This document shows positions 12,368 to 25,500 of a stretch of 64,000 bases of DNA, piece after piece. Position numbers and translations under genes: made by a program. The notes under the pieces were generated by a model. That model was not told the DNA's origin, ran no database searches, and saw only the letters and a list, made by a program, of their open reading frames with translations. Positions within the stretch are counted from its first letter, which is position 1. Each line of letters starts with the position of its first letter. This DNA is from Nemertoderma westbladi (lineage: Eukaryota; Animalia; Xenacoelomorpha): assembly GCA_032718475.1 (NCBI GenBank), contig JAUCBJ010002525.1:1-64000 (forward strand), given 5' to 3'.

Positions 12368-13049
12368 GGGTGACAGACCGAACGTAATCAGGATCGAATG
12401 TAACATAGGTAGTTTTTATGAATCGAACGTAACCTCAATTATGTTACATTGGATCCTATAACTATGTTACATTCGATCTACAAATTACTAAGCTCGAATG
12501 TAACATACATTTATTTCAGTTGTGTTTTGATTTCAGGAGTTAACCGATGAAATGCTTCGTTTATTTACAGGAAGAAACAGTTTGGTGTTGGTGAGTACAA
12601 AACAAAGACCCAATTAAGTAACCTGCATAATCTTGTAACATGTGTTAACTTTCGTTTATTGTTTTGGTTCCCCCAACACGCCTCTGTGACCTGCTCCTTT
12701 CAGCCTTTAATTAAAAGTAACCTGCATAATCTTGTAACATGTGTTAACTTTCGTTTATTGTTTTGGTTCCCCCAACACGCCTCTGTGACCTGCTCCTTTC
12801 AGCCTTTAATTAAAAGTAACCTGCATAATCTTGTAACATGTGTTAACTTTTGTTTATTGTTTTGGTTCCCCCAACACGCCTCTGTAACCTGCTCCTTTAA
12901 ATCTGTAAATGGCAATGTTATATTCGAGCTTAGTAATTTGTAGATCGAATGTAACATAGTTATAGGATCCAATGTAACATAATTGCGGTTACGTTCGATA
13001 CGTAATAACTATGTTACATTCGATCCTGATTACGTTCGGTCATGTATCC
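12368..13049. mobile_element. Non-autonomous MULE-type MITE with long TIRs
   Basis: About 135-bp imperfect TIRs with GG termini. 9-bp TSD TACAGCGGG at 12359-12367 and 13050-13058. Internal 99-bp repeat in about 3 copies (12619-12898). Confidence 0.88.
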
Positions 13050-15433
13050 TACAGCGGGTAACCTATAATCTACAAAGTAGATAGTCGTACGTAATAAATA
13101 GTCGTACGTAGGCCTATATTACCAGACTACCAAAGTGATACATCTATTATTTGCGTCTACATTTAAAACAACAGTACTTCGCATTTGTTTCACGAAATTT
13201 ACATTAGGAGTTAAATAATACTAACTGGGTACATCAGTGCTTCTGGTTAATGTAGATATGCCACGGTCACATCCACATGTCTGCTAGTAACGAACAATTT
13301 AATTACAGCTATCATTTATTTATTTTAGTTGCTAGGCTACATACAGACAGATTATACAAACATGACTGTTCCTGTAGAGATTGTTCATCCCATTCAAGTA
13401 GATGATTACCAGATGCTATCTATATAGAGCGAATAATGATTGACTAAATTGTATAACTAAACTTCGGGACGGCCTAATAACGTAATATATTTATATCATT
13501 AGAAAGCTTGCCTTGCAAGGATTCGAAAAAAATGTCTGAATTTCATATTGCAAAAATTATCGTTGAAAGGAGGCCATTTGTACTAATAACCAAGGTTAGA
13601 GAAGGGCTGAATCTAACCAAAACATTAAACTTATTAGTATCTGTACAGTACATTGTACCGGTAAAGTACTATAAAATACAGTACATTGTGTATTTATTAA
13701 ATAGAATAAATGGCCTACAGCGAACGATAATTCTTGGAATCTTATTTGAACGCCTTTATCTCAGCTATTTCTACACGAAATTCAGACATTGTAAAACGCT
13801 TATAAATTAAAGGCAAAATTCCGGCATCGTGGGGAAATGGAAGGTGCGGTGGATTGAACTAGTTGTGTTTTAAATGTTAAGCAATATGATAAAGATTTGT
13901 AGAAAAATGTTTTTTTTTGTTGAGGGGGGCAGTGGTGTGCCGGGGGGGGGGGGGGGGGGGGGTCGGGGGGGGTCTATTTCCACCGGGCGAAAAAAATGGG
14001 GGGCGAAAAAATGTAAATCAGACAGACACTAGTTGATGGATTTTAGGGGGCGATTTAGCTATCGTCACCAGCTTTGGAGCTGGACACACATTAACCAAAC
14101 CCAAAAATTGTTTTATTTTAATAATTGAAAATAGAAATAACTTTAATTTATTAGTCCTGTTTTATTTTGGTGTGCAAAAATATGGCTAGAATTGACAGTC
14201 AGTGTATAGAAGTCAGTACAGGTCTTGTACCCGTAGATCACTAAAATGGGTGGCTATGAGCAGGGCCGGTTTAATGACTTGGCGACCCGGGTGCACTGAT
14301 CCATAGCCCCCAACCCCCCCCCCCCCCCCCCCCCCGCCCAGTATTTATATTTTGCATTTTTCAACATAATAAAATGAACTAAATAAGTATAACTTATAAT
14401 TTTTTTCCCCATGTAATACGAAATTATTTTCTGAAATAGGTACTTTTTCGTTGCTTAACCCTATTTGACCCGGGGTGAGGATGGGGGGGGGGGGGGGGGG
14501 GGGTCCTTTTATACAATTTTTGTAGTTAATATGTATTATTGAGTCAGATTTGATGTAAAACCGAGATTTCGTGACTTTTCCTAAAATTTATTAGGCTATC
14601 CAACAGCGAAAACGCCGTTTACATGGCTATGTTAGTTTTCGTGTTGTGGTCCCTTTCTGACACACATCTCCAGTATTTTTCGTGCTAAAATTTTCCAAAG
14701 TTTTTATAGTTCACTAAAATTAATCTATTTGCGGTATATATCTGTTTTTGGATGCTGATCACGTTTATAGAACTCAAATAAAACATTCGAGAAAATTATT
14801 GGTAATTTTAAAAGTGCGGGGCCCTGGGGCATGAAAAACAAGTAGTGGAAATATGATAATGAAAAATCACTCGAATTCAAATTGATTTTATGACCATTTG
14901 TTTTTAGGATGCTGATCACGAATATGACACTGAATAATATTGTACCATGACCTACTATAATACGACCTGGTATGCTGCAGCAGCCCACTAAATTTAGTGG
15001 GCCTACTTGTTTCTACTTGTAAATCGATTATAATTTTGTAAATTATACTCCCCATGTGCTTTTTATAAATTGGTGATATTCATAAACTTGTTAATTAATA
15101 AAAAAACAAGTAGCACAGCTCAGATTGCAAACAAAAAATCTTAAAAACGTGTTAACCTAAGCAAAATATAAAAAGTGAAAATGTAAAGAAAAGGAGGTGA
15201 ATTATATTAATATTATCACGTTCTTTATATATTTTATTTTGACTTATTACATTATATTATTATTGCGATCTGTATATATTTTATGTTAACTTATTACTTT
15301 ATATTATTATTGTCTACTTTATATTATTCTAACTTTCTTTATATTTTATGTTAACTTATTACTTTATTATTTTATTAGGATTGCCAACCCAATATTCCCC
15401 AGTGTGAAAACACATCAATGGCCCCGATAAGGG

Positions 15434-16270
15434 CTCTTTATTAATTAAATAGATAGAGTAACAATCCTGAAACTTAAACGTAAACCAGAAAATTGTGTGA
15501 CTCCCCTGTAGAGAAATATCTCAGTTTTAAAGAGTCTCTCTGGGCTCGGACTCAACGTGTGACCCCCCTGTAGTGAAAAATCTCAGTTTTAAAGAGTCTC
15601 TCTGGGCTCGGACTCAACGTGTGACCCCCCCCCCCCCCCCCCCCTGTAGAGAAATATCTCAGTTTAAAGAGTCTCTCTGGGCTCGGACTCAATGTGTGAC
15701 CCCCCTGTAGAGAAATATCTCAGTTTTAAAGAGTCTCTCTGGGCTCGGACTCATCGTGTGACCCCCCTGTAGTGAAAAATCTCAGTTTTAAAGAGTCTCT
15801 CTGGGCTCGGACTCAACAGCAAACTGTAACAGCAAACGCATTTCGAGTTTGTTGCGAAAACATGTGTGTCGAGGTAGTGTTGTCGCGTAGCCATTCGGAT
15901 AGTTGGTGGAGGAACTCCGGTTTTCCATTGCTCTTTATTAATTAAATAGATAAGAGTAACAATCCTGAAAATTAAACGTAAACCAGAAAATTAATTGTGT
16001 GACTCCCCTGTAGAGAAATATCTCAGTTTTAAAGAGTCTCTCTGGGCTCGGACTCAACGTGTGACCCCCCTGTAGAGAAATATCTCAGTTTTAAAGAGTC
16101 TCTCTGGGCTCGGACTCAACGTGTGACCCCCCCCCCCCCCCCCCCCCTGTAGAGAATTATCTCAGTTTTAAAGAGTCTCTCTGGGCTCGGACTCAACGTG
16201 TGACCCCCCTGTAGAGAAATATCTCAGTTTTAAAGAGTCTCTCTGGGCTCGGACTCAACGTGTGACCCCC
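15434..16270. repeat. Duplicated block containing a tandem repeat of about 62 bp
   Basis: Unit cccctgtagagaaatatctcagttttaaagagtctctctgggctcggactcaacgtgtga, in 5+4 copies. Each array is preceded by the same roughly 65-bp leader (15434 and 15930). Confidence 0.93.
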
Positions 16271-17457
16271 TACACTCTGACTCTTACTCTGACTGTGACT
16301 CTACATGTCTCAATCCCCGTCTTAATAACCTCTTTATTGGCAGTAACCACCGGAACAGCGTGAATAATAACTGGGATCGACTGTTTCATTGACGACACCA
16401 TATAACACATAAGTCCAGTGTAAAGTTTGTCCGAATCAGAATCTTTCCCGTATAAATGTCCGTCGCTATACATTTCCTGCTGTTGCAATATAATCTCATC
16501 CACGATCAACACAACATCGTTAGAGATCTTTCCCGAGGTTCTGAGAGCAGTTAATGCAGCCATCGAGTCTACGTTTCCAGATGTAATACTTCGGAGAAGT
16601 CTCAGCGAAGGAAGAGGGACTTGAGTTGCGAGTATCTTATACGCATTAACCGAGGTGTACCGGAGCAGCAATGCGAATCTGATCTGCTCAGCCGTGTACT
16701 TTGGGCGACCTTTAGGTTTGGACAACTTTAAGGCCAACAGACTCCGAATAACTGAGTCAGATTCATCCTTATTAGTTCGGCAGTAATTGAGTAGTTCGGA
16801 AATAACAGTTGTTGATGTTATTATACAGTTATGAGTTGCTCGCAACCATGATGGTAGTGGAAGAGGGACACCCTCATAGGAAAGGTGAACATAAAGGTCG
16901 TCATCAATAGTGAGACATTCGTGTACTGAAGGAATGCCTAAACTAAAGATCAACCTAAAGATCGACACGGAATTCTCATTGACTTTTACCTCGTACTCCT
17001 CAAACTCAATCGACGCCTCTAAATACAACCGGATATCCGTAAGAGACAAAACTCGAGTTCTCTTACTGAACTCTTCCATCTCATCCCGCTGATACACTCG
17101 TTTCAAGGGTTTTTTGCGTGACGGAGTTACTTGTTTTACAGAGGATACAGGGATACAGGCCGGGTATAACGAAGGAAACGCACCGGATTTTAGCGTTAAA
17201 CGTTGGGCATTCCTGTTGATCCATTGATCCTCAAAATGTAAAATACACACCTTGGAGTGATCAGATGGGGCCCATGATGGCGATGTCACTGTGGCAGACG
17301 ATGTCGTTGTACTGGCTCTATTCGACATAAACTGGATCCACCGGCACCGCACATCGGGTTGTTTCGGGAAACTAAACATTGCGGGAGTTCCAGTTCCTGG
17401 CGAAGCTTCTGACGAATATCCCGACCTACACCCAACTACGCAACACTTTCCAACCAT
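16270..17457 (-). CDS. THAP-domain P-element-type transposase, 3'-truncated (about 395 aa)
   Basis: THAP C2CH signature (CCVVGC..FSFP..W..VCILHF..AFP) followed by P-transposase N-terminal motifs (LPSLRLL, VVLIVDE, LMCYMV). The ORF ends in low-complexity VTVRVRV at the tandem array. Confidence 0.85.
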   Translation of the reverse strand: MVGKCCVVGCRSGYSSEASPGTGTPAMFSFPKQPDVRCRWIQFMSNRASTTTSSATVTSPSWAPSDHSKVCILHFEDQWINRNAQRLTLKSGAFPSLYPACIPVSSVKQVTPSRKKPLKRVYQRDEMEEFSKRTRVLSLTDIRLYLEASIEFEEYEVKVNENSVSIFRLIFSLGIPSVHECLTIDDDLYVHLSYEGVPLPLPSWLRATHNCIITSTTVISELLNYCRTNKDESDSVIRSLLALKLSKPKGRPKYTAEQIRFALLLRYTSVNAYKILATQVPLPSLRLLRSITSGNVDSMAALTALRTSGKISNDVVLIVDEIILQQQEMYSDGHLYGKDSDSDKLYTGLMCYMVSSMKQSIPVIIHAVPVVTANKEVIKTGIETCRVTVRVRVRV

Positions 17458-18333
17458 TATATATTTAGTTAAATACAGCAATATTAATTTAGCCTACTGG
17501 TAGTGTAATCAGGTAGGCCTATAATAGAAGCCTAGCCTATAACAAACAGACAAAGAGGCAAAAACGGACGGACTGACGGTGGACGGAGTGTATTTGTCGC
17601 CCAACTGATGCCAAACTGGTCTGTAGATATAGTAGGCTAGGCAGGTAGGTACGGCTGTACGGGCCCTGTTGAAAAGTTTTATTTCCTGCGCCGAACGCGG
17701 CGCCTGGTGCAAAAAATCTTGCGCCGGATCAGTGCGAAGCCACGCCAGGTGGGGGTGGCCCGGCAGCCGGTGCACAAAATCCTGCGCCGGCTCTGTGAAA
17801 TGCTCAGCCAGGCTGCCAGGTGTAAAAAAAGTATTAATAATTAGGCCTACCGATAATACAGTAATAATACAATAGGCAGATACCGGTAGGCCCTAATACA
17901 GTAGGCCTAATAAAAATATTTCGACGCCGGCCACCGGCTGCATCGACAGGCCGAGTGCAGCATCTCTATTACAGTATTATTGCATTATGGCCAATAGAGC
18001 ATATTATTGCAAATTATGCAATAATAACACTACACAGAAATAATACAGTAATACATAATAGACTACAGGCAACAGGACGGGTATATCTTTTGCGTAGAGG
18101 TATAGCCTACATAGAGGCTTCATGTAGGTATGTGTAGCCTACATGTAGATGCACGTGTAGGGTGAATGTAGGTAGGTGTAGTCCCATAGATATTAATGTA
18201 ATTTATGTGTCAACTTGCAGTAACGTGATACACGGTCGTCAATCAGGATGTATGGCAATAATCTCTGATCTCCACGGTACAATACGGTACATCAACATGC
18301 AGACCTGTCTGCTGTCAGACAACAGGTTTTACT

Positions 18334-20930
18334 CAAGGACTGCTATACTACAGGACTGGCACACTGAATATCCAGACCCCGCTAGCGGGGTCCATTAGTT
18401 CCCTTCTAATATGGCTCCGAAATAGATGCAAATTTGTTAAATTTTCAATTTTCTCTCACAGATAAATTGTTATTTATTCTTCTTATGTGTTTATGACGAA
18501 CCTAGCTACCTCAAACCTGCCTCGCTGCCTGCTTTAACGTTTGAGGCTGATATAATTATTGCTAAGCCAGTGATAGTCCATATACAATAATACTGTATGG
18601 TAGTAATCGTGCTCGTGTACTATGCATAATAAATTCAGACACCACCGGCACCGCCCACTACTCTCGCCACCAGCCCAGCCTAATACATTAATTAAACATC
18701 TTAGTGGGGCGAGCCACGTAGTAGTTGAAGCTTTACTGTACAGATTTCATAATGTTGACATTCTTGTGATCTGCAATTTAAGATTATAAATTTTAACACG
18801 CAAAATGAATATTAAATAACGATTAGAAAATGTATTTATTTCCAGCAGCTGCTATTTCAATCTGCAATGGTTTTCATATGTATAAATTGCCGGCAGTGTA
18901 GGTAGACACACTCGATTCAAAATAACAACAGCAATTGGCCCTTAAAAGGGGCATTTGGGTTGAGTTGTATTACAGTATGTGACATATGTCTGTAGGCATA
19001 TTGAATTATCAAAATTAATTACAATTAAATTAATAGATAGTCGAATAGTCAATCTTCACTACAGAAGATTAATGTCCTTTATCCAGACCGGTAATGCGGA
19101 GAAATTTCCTGTTGGTTCCGTGACCTTCGGAAGATCGCTTTTCAGAGCACATCATGCTGGAGCGTTTCTGCATTCCGTTTAACAGTGTGTTCGCAAGGGT
19201 GGTACATGCAACTGCGGGGGGTGCTGGTATTATATCGTACTGTACAGCGATGGTTTTGACCACCTGCGCTAATTGACGGTAGCATAGTATGGTTCCATCA
19301 GGTACCGAATCTACCCATGTCGCTGACACCATTACCCACCAAACCAACTCATGTGATGGCAGCTGTAATCCACCCCTAGATAGCCGCCATGTTTGTGGAA
19401 AGAGGTAATTGCTTCCTTGATACACGTATGGGCAAATAGGGATGTCATGGAATGAACTGGAATCATCTGCACCATCACTGAAGGTCCCCCGTATAAAATC
19501 TTAACCATCAAGCAGAGGACTGAGTTGGCCAACTCCGATGGGTCATCCTTAGCATAGCCAAACACTCCATGTCCTTGATACAATAGTTTGGGAACCACCT
19601 TTACTTCGTCTGTTATAAGAATCGCCTTTGGGGATTCGGCAGCAGGCGTACCAGCTGGTAAGCTGTTCTTTGCTTTACGAATGGCCATTTCTATGAGCAA
19701 ATCACTGGTGACTCCCTGTTTTAGCGATCTTATCTTCTTTTCGCATGGAAGAATAGCAATCTGCCGCAGTATACTATATGGCAGACGCGGGTAGCCCTGA
19801 ACAGCCAGTAGATAATCCGACTGTGAGTAACACTTTGAACCGCTACAAGGCAGCTGCAACTGATGGGATATAAACTCCAGCTGGGTTTTGTATTTATAAT
19901 CAGAACTGGAGGCGATAGCGTCATCAATCAACTCTCGGGCTTTCAGCAGCAAGTTCTCGGTCGTTCCTACCACGCTTCGTTTAACTGTGACAATAACTTC
20001 CAACAGCTAGGACCAGCGAATGAGCTGCGCATTAGGAGCGAGGCAATAGTTAAGCGATATACGTTTGTTAGTAGGATTAAACGCAGTAACATAGATATCA
20101 CTGCAGAGAAGCTGCCTCGTTTCAATACATATTTTGCCAGCGTAGGAATCGCTGACAAAAACATACAGCATAATGAAATCAGCAGTTATCTTAACAAATA
20201 TATCGACGGATTCAACATGAACATCGTTGCGAATCCACGTTTCGACATCGCCACGGAAGATATCGAACCCGCCAATTCCCGGCGGTTTAGCGATTGAACC
20301 TGTCGCTCTTCGATCGGTGGCTCCGCTCGTAACTTCCCTGGTGGCGGAGGAACACAGGATGCTGGAACCCCAGGAAAGAAGAATGGCAGGATAGTCGGCC
20401 GCAACGCTCCTCCGGGAACCTTCCGATGAGGGATATCCTGCGGGAATCCTGGCCAATGTCGGATACAAATAACAGCATCGGCGCTATACTTTATGGGCGA
20501 TCCATCAGGAGCAGACCGCTTTGGAAGAGTAGCAATCCATTGCTGACGTTCCACGCCGAATGGGAGCTTGAAAGTTCGTACAGTTCTTCCCTCGTAGTTG
20601 TCATTGCATCCATACACACAACAGTGTTTCCCCATTCCAGTTTATAACCCGAATAATCTGATATTACTGTGATGTGTGTTAAAACTACTGTAGCTACCGG
20701 TACTAAGCTGCAGCCTGTCAGCCTGTAGTTATGTTAAACCTTTTTAAACATTACTAAATAATAATACATAAATATAAATCCACTGATTTAATAAAGTACA
20801 TACCGGTAAGTAATTGGGTTGATTACACAGTTGTACAGCCAGACAGCAGTACTGGAATTCTGCAACTAATGGACCCCGCTAGCGGGGTCTGGATATTCAG
20901 TGTGCCAGTCCTGTAGTATAGCAGTCCTTG
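18334..20930 (-). mobile_element. P-element superfamily transposon nested in the MULE
   Basis: Perfect TIRs of about 67 bp (CAAGGACTGC...GCAGTCCTTG). 8-bp TSD GTTTTACT at 18326-18333 and 20931-20938. Internal THAP-transposase remnants. Confidence 0.93.
19069..20635 (-). pseudogene. Frameshifted, internally deleted THAP/P-element transposase
   Basis: THAP (CCVYGC..FKLP..W..ICIRHW) at 20635-20186. ILITDEVKV..ANSVLCLMV at 20003-19332. C-terminal RGGLQLPS motif at 19425-19069. The three pieces are in different frames. Confidence 0.85.
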
Positions 20931-22551
20931 GTTTTACTGCATACTGCAGTACTGTATAAATATCAAACATCGCGTTCTGATTATACTAAAGTCCCTTACT
21001 CGTCATAAATATTATGCCCTAATAAATTTGAGTATGCTAACGCCACGAAAGGCATCGTTCCATTAGATTAACTCGTTCTGATTTATATGTTTATTGAGTA
21101 AGAGTAACCTAAACAATAACAGCCATCATCGCGGGGATTATAGTCTGCCAGAAACCCTGACCCCCCTCTGCCCATCTTTATCTGTTTATCAACCATACAT
21201 CCATGGGACTTGAACAGTACTTCAGCATTGAAATGTTTTGGACGTTTTGTTTTGAAAGTAAAAATATAGAAGTCTGGAAGTTTTGTTTGTTTTAATTTTT
21301 CAGGCAGTCACATTCCACCAACCAGCAACAGTCCCATCCCTTCCCACTATCCCGCGGACCACCACACTGTTTCATTATAAAGTATTCCCATCTCGATGAT
21401 GGGAATTAATCAGTAATCCGATGGGATTCAAATCCCATCTCGAAGTAACAGCAAAACAATAACACGAAAGTCAATAGCTTTACAGTTATATTTGATTGCA
21501 TTGAAAGTTAATAGAAAGAAGAAGTTAAATTGCATATCCATTAAAATATCATGAAATTGATACGGCAGTTTAGTAGATTAAAACGGCCACAGCAAGATTT
21601 ATAAAATGAAAAATAAGTAAAATCAGCACACAATATTATCAATATAGACATTGAAGACAATTTAATAAACAAATACTATAAAAAAATATCTACTAACAAT
21701 CAATACATGATATATATAATATATATAATATACATCAGCGACTACCATCGCCACTCTGGTTCAATCAGTCAGTCCGGTATCATTGTTAGCGTTTTGTTGA
21801 ATTACCCACTCATCCTCAGACCCTCATGGACACCGACGACGAGCTAACCCTAACCGTTAGTCGATTCCTCCTTGACTGGAAACATCAGGTTCGGGCCGTT
21901 CGGCCCATACAAAGTCATTAGCCTCCATGCCTGAACCCGCAGGATCATAAGATCTACAGTATGTATCGGTATATCGTTCAGTCGTTTTTTCCTTTGTCAG
22001 TACTGTAGTATTGATAGGCTCCGTCTCGTGGGTATTCAGGGGACCCCCATTCGACGTATTCGCATCTCCTCCTGGTTGTTTCGGGTACCACCGCCCGCCA
22101 TATGCGCATCTCTTCGTGGTTGTTCCGGGTAGGCTACCACCCCCGTTCGCCGCATTCGCATCTCATCGAGGAAGTTCGGGTCCGGGTACCCCGTGTAGGC
22201 CTATTCATTCATCATTGTTGTTTTTAAAGACCTACCTACACCTACCTACATTCACCCTACACGTGCATCTACATGTAGGCTACACATACCTACATGTAGC
22301 CTCTATGTAGGCTATACCTCTACGCAAAAGATATACCCCAACAGGACCGAGGATATCAGATACCGGTAACTACTGAACTAACTGACTAACAGTGAGTGAC
22401 AGTACAGTTGTAGGCATAAAACATAATAAAGGACAGACAAGCGACAGCGTAGAGAACTCCTGATTTCTCTTTAATTAATTTCTTTATTTAACTAAGTTAT
22501 TAGAAGCTTCTTGTAGGAAGTAATTAAGAAACAACCATTATTTATAAAGAG

Positions 22552-25500
22552 TGTTAGAATATCATAAACTGTTAGTCTGCCGGACTCGGTTTCTTACATT
22601 TTGAGAGAGATATAAGGTGGAGGGAAATTCAAACTTACTTTTAGTTAGAGGTAGCACTGTGTGACATACCGGCACTGCTGCACTGCAGCAATACTGCAAT
22701 AGGTCTAGTGCATTTATTGACAGGCCTAAATCGTGTATACATTATACAATGATATGTTAGAATATCCTATCTTAACATGGCGCAGTGTGTACTCCAACCT
22801 ACACTGGAGTAAAATAATTCCCAGTGGCAGAATATAACCGAATACAGGAATATAGATCCCTAATCCATCCATCTTATCCGGAATTTTGAAAATAACTTGC
22901 CCTTACAATGGGAGAGAAACCAGATAATTATTTGGACTTAAATGAAGAGGATCTACCACAACTCGATATACAAGATCTTCGACATTACTGTACCCAGGCT
23001 GGCATAAACTTTACAAGTAAAACAGCTGCTAAAACTCTTCAGAAGAAGTTATCCGGAGCATTAAACTTTGAGGATGGAAAGGGCGAAACTGCCTCATGGG
23101 ACACGTTTGCTAAAATTTTAGCAGATGAACGGCGGGCTGCTGAGGATCGTTCCGCTAGAGAGCGTGCCGCCGCCGAATTACAACGAGCCGAGGATCGCGC
23201 CGTCACAGCCGCGGAGCTACGGCTTGTAATAGAACGTGCTGACGAGGACAGACGTGTCGCCGCTGCGCAGTTCGCTCAATTAATAGCAACACTCCATCCT
23301 GCCGCTGGCGGTGGAGTGGCACCGGGGGTTCCACCTCTGGCTCCCGGAGATGTACCTGAGCATCAAAATCGACGTCGTCCTATCGACATTAAGAATCTCG
23401 AAAAGATAAATAATAACGTCGACTTCCAAACCTTCATCCGATGGCGGAAAGCTTGGGATGTTCACGCACACCGGCAACAGATATCGCTTTTCCCTCGCGA
23501 CGAGCAAGTATATGCCTTGATAGAGGCGTTGGGAATGGATATCCAACAAACTATTAAAGTTACGCTTCGCCTGGATATCGACTCAGGTGACACAACAACT
23601 GAGACGTTGTTGGACGCGTTTCAGGCCCATTTACGTTCTAAACGGAGTCTTGCCGTTGATGCCATAAAGTTTAGAGAACGTAAACAGGGTCCTAACGAAT
23701 CCTTTGATTCACTCCGAGTTTCACTCGAGGAACTAGCTGACAGCGCTGAGCTGTGCGACCATTGTCGTAATCGTCAGTTAGTTACACAGATCATCGTGGG
23801 TGTTCGAACCTCTGAGACCCGATCCAAACTCCTCGAAATTCTACCTGAACCGACACTTAATGACTGTGTTCGAATAGCACAGATGGTTGAAGCAAGTGAG
23901 AAGAACGAGGTAATTATAGGTAGCGGCAAACCTATAACACAAATCTCGAACTATCAACGGGAACGTGGACGATCACCAACCCGCGAAAATCGAGATAATC
24001 GGAATCCTTCGGGAAATCGAAATAATTCCAGCAATCCGAACCAAAGTTCCGGCAAATGTGGTATGTGCGGTCGAAAGACACACCCGGGTGGCAGAACTGA
24101 ATGTCCAGCCCGAAACGCCACATGCGACGGATGCGGAAAACTTGGACACTATAGACCGGTATGCCGTTCTAAACATAAAACCAAGGAACACAAGGTTTCC
24201 ACTATCCGTCCAACTCAAAACTCTGTCAATCGCATTGTAATCTCTAACACAATATGCGAGCTAGAATATGTACCAGTCGACATATTTCGCACAGATAATA
24301 ATAATAAAGTTGGACATATTAAACAGGCCCTGCCCGACAGTGGCGCTGTTATAACCATTTTGGGCGAGAAACAATTCCACAAGATGGGCGGTAAAGGATC
24401 CGACCTTCTACCTGCCGGCAGGGAAGTGTTTTCCGCAGCAAATGGTTCTCCGATATATATATCGGGTCGTCTTCCCGTTCGAATAATTCATGAGGGCGAC
24501 ATCGTTGAGACCGAGATATACATATCTCGAGAATCCACTGGATTTATTATGTCTCTCCGACTATCTCAAGAGTTTGGACTCATTCCTTGGAATTTTCCAA
24601 ACAAAATCCATCCAGATATTTCCACTGTCAAAGCATCTCAGAATATGGAGAATTTGCAGCAGGAAATTCTGACAGAATTTGCAGATGTCTTTGATGACGA
24701 CTCGGTTCCATTATCTATGATGGACGGTCCACCGATGCACATAACACTTAAGGAAAATGCGGTGCCTTACCATGTAAATGGCGCCCGACCTATACCTTTT
24801 GCGTTGCGCGAAGAGGTTAAACTACTGCTCGACGATTACGAACGTCGTCAGATCATTGCTAAAGTTACTGAGCCTACAGATTGGGCTCACCCTTTAACGG
24901 TGTGTAGAAAACCAAATGGGAAACTCCGTTTGTGCGTGGACCTTCGACACCTTAATAACCAGGTTAAACGTCCACAGTATCCCACACCCAATCCACGCAG
25001 TGTAATCGCTAATATTCCGGCTTCCTCGAAATGTTTCACAGTATTCGATGCAGCACATGGATATTGGCAGATTCCCCTGGACTCAGAAAGCCAACTTCTC
25101 ACGACATTCACCACACCATGGGGGCGCTACGTACATCGACGTAGTGTAATGGGCCTCATCTCGAGTGGGGATGAATATAATCGTCGTGGAGACAACGCAT
25201 TGCAGGGTATTCCCAACGTGGTCAAGTTGGTTGATGACCTACTGATCTACGGAGACAATGTGGAAGAACATATCTCCCAGATTAGGGTTGTACTGCAACG
25301 CTGTCGTGAGGAAAAATTGTGTCTTCACCCAGAGAAGATACAATTCGCTAAGTCGGAAGTTAAATATGCCGGATTTCTAGTAGGAGAATCGGGAATAAAA
25401 CCAGATCCAATGAAACTTCGAGCGATCTCAAGTTTTCCATGTCCAACTAACATAACTGACTTAAGAAGTTTTGTCGGGTTAGTCGAACAATTGGCCCCTT

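Larger units (their letters stand above)
18079..22338. mobile_element. Non-autonomous Mutator-like (MULE) element
   Basis: About 100-bp TIRs (gggtatatcttttgcgtagagg... / ...cctctacgcaaaagatataccc). 9-bp TSD CAACAGGAC at 18070-18078 and 22339-22347. Confidence 0.88.

Noticed and set aside
15500-16270. 62-bp repeats as a CRISPR array or ribozyme array
   Set aside because: No spacers, and no CUGANGA/GAAA core with stems on either strand.
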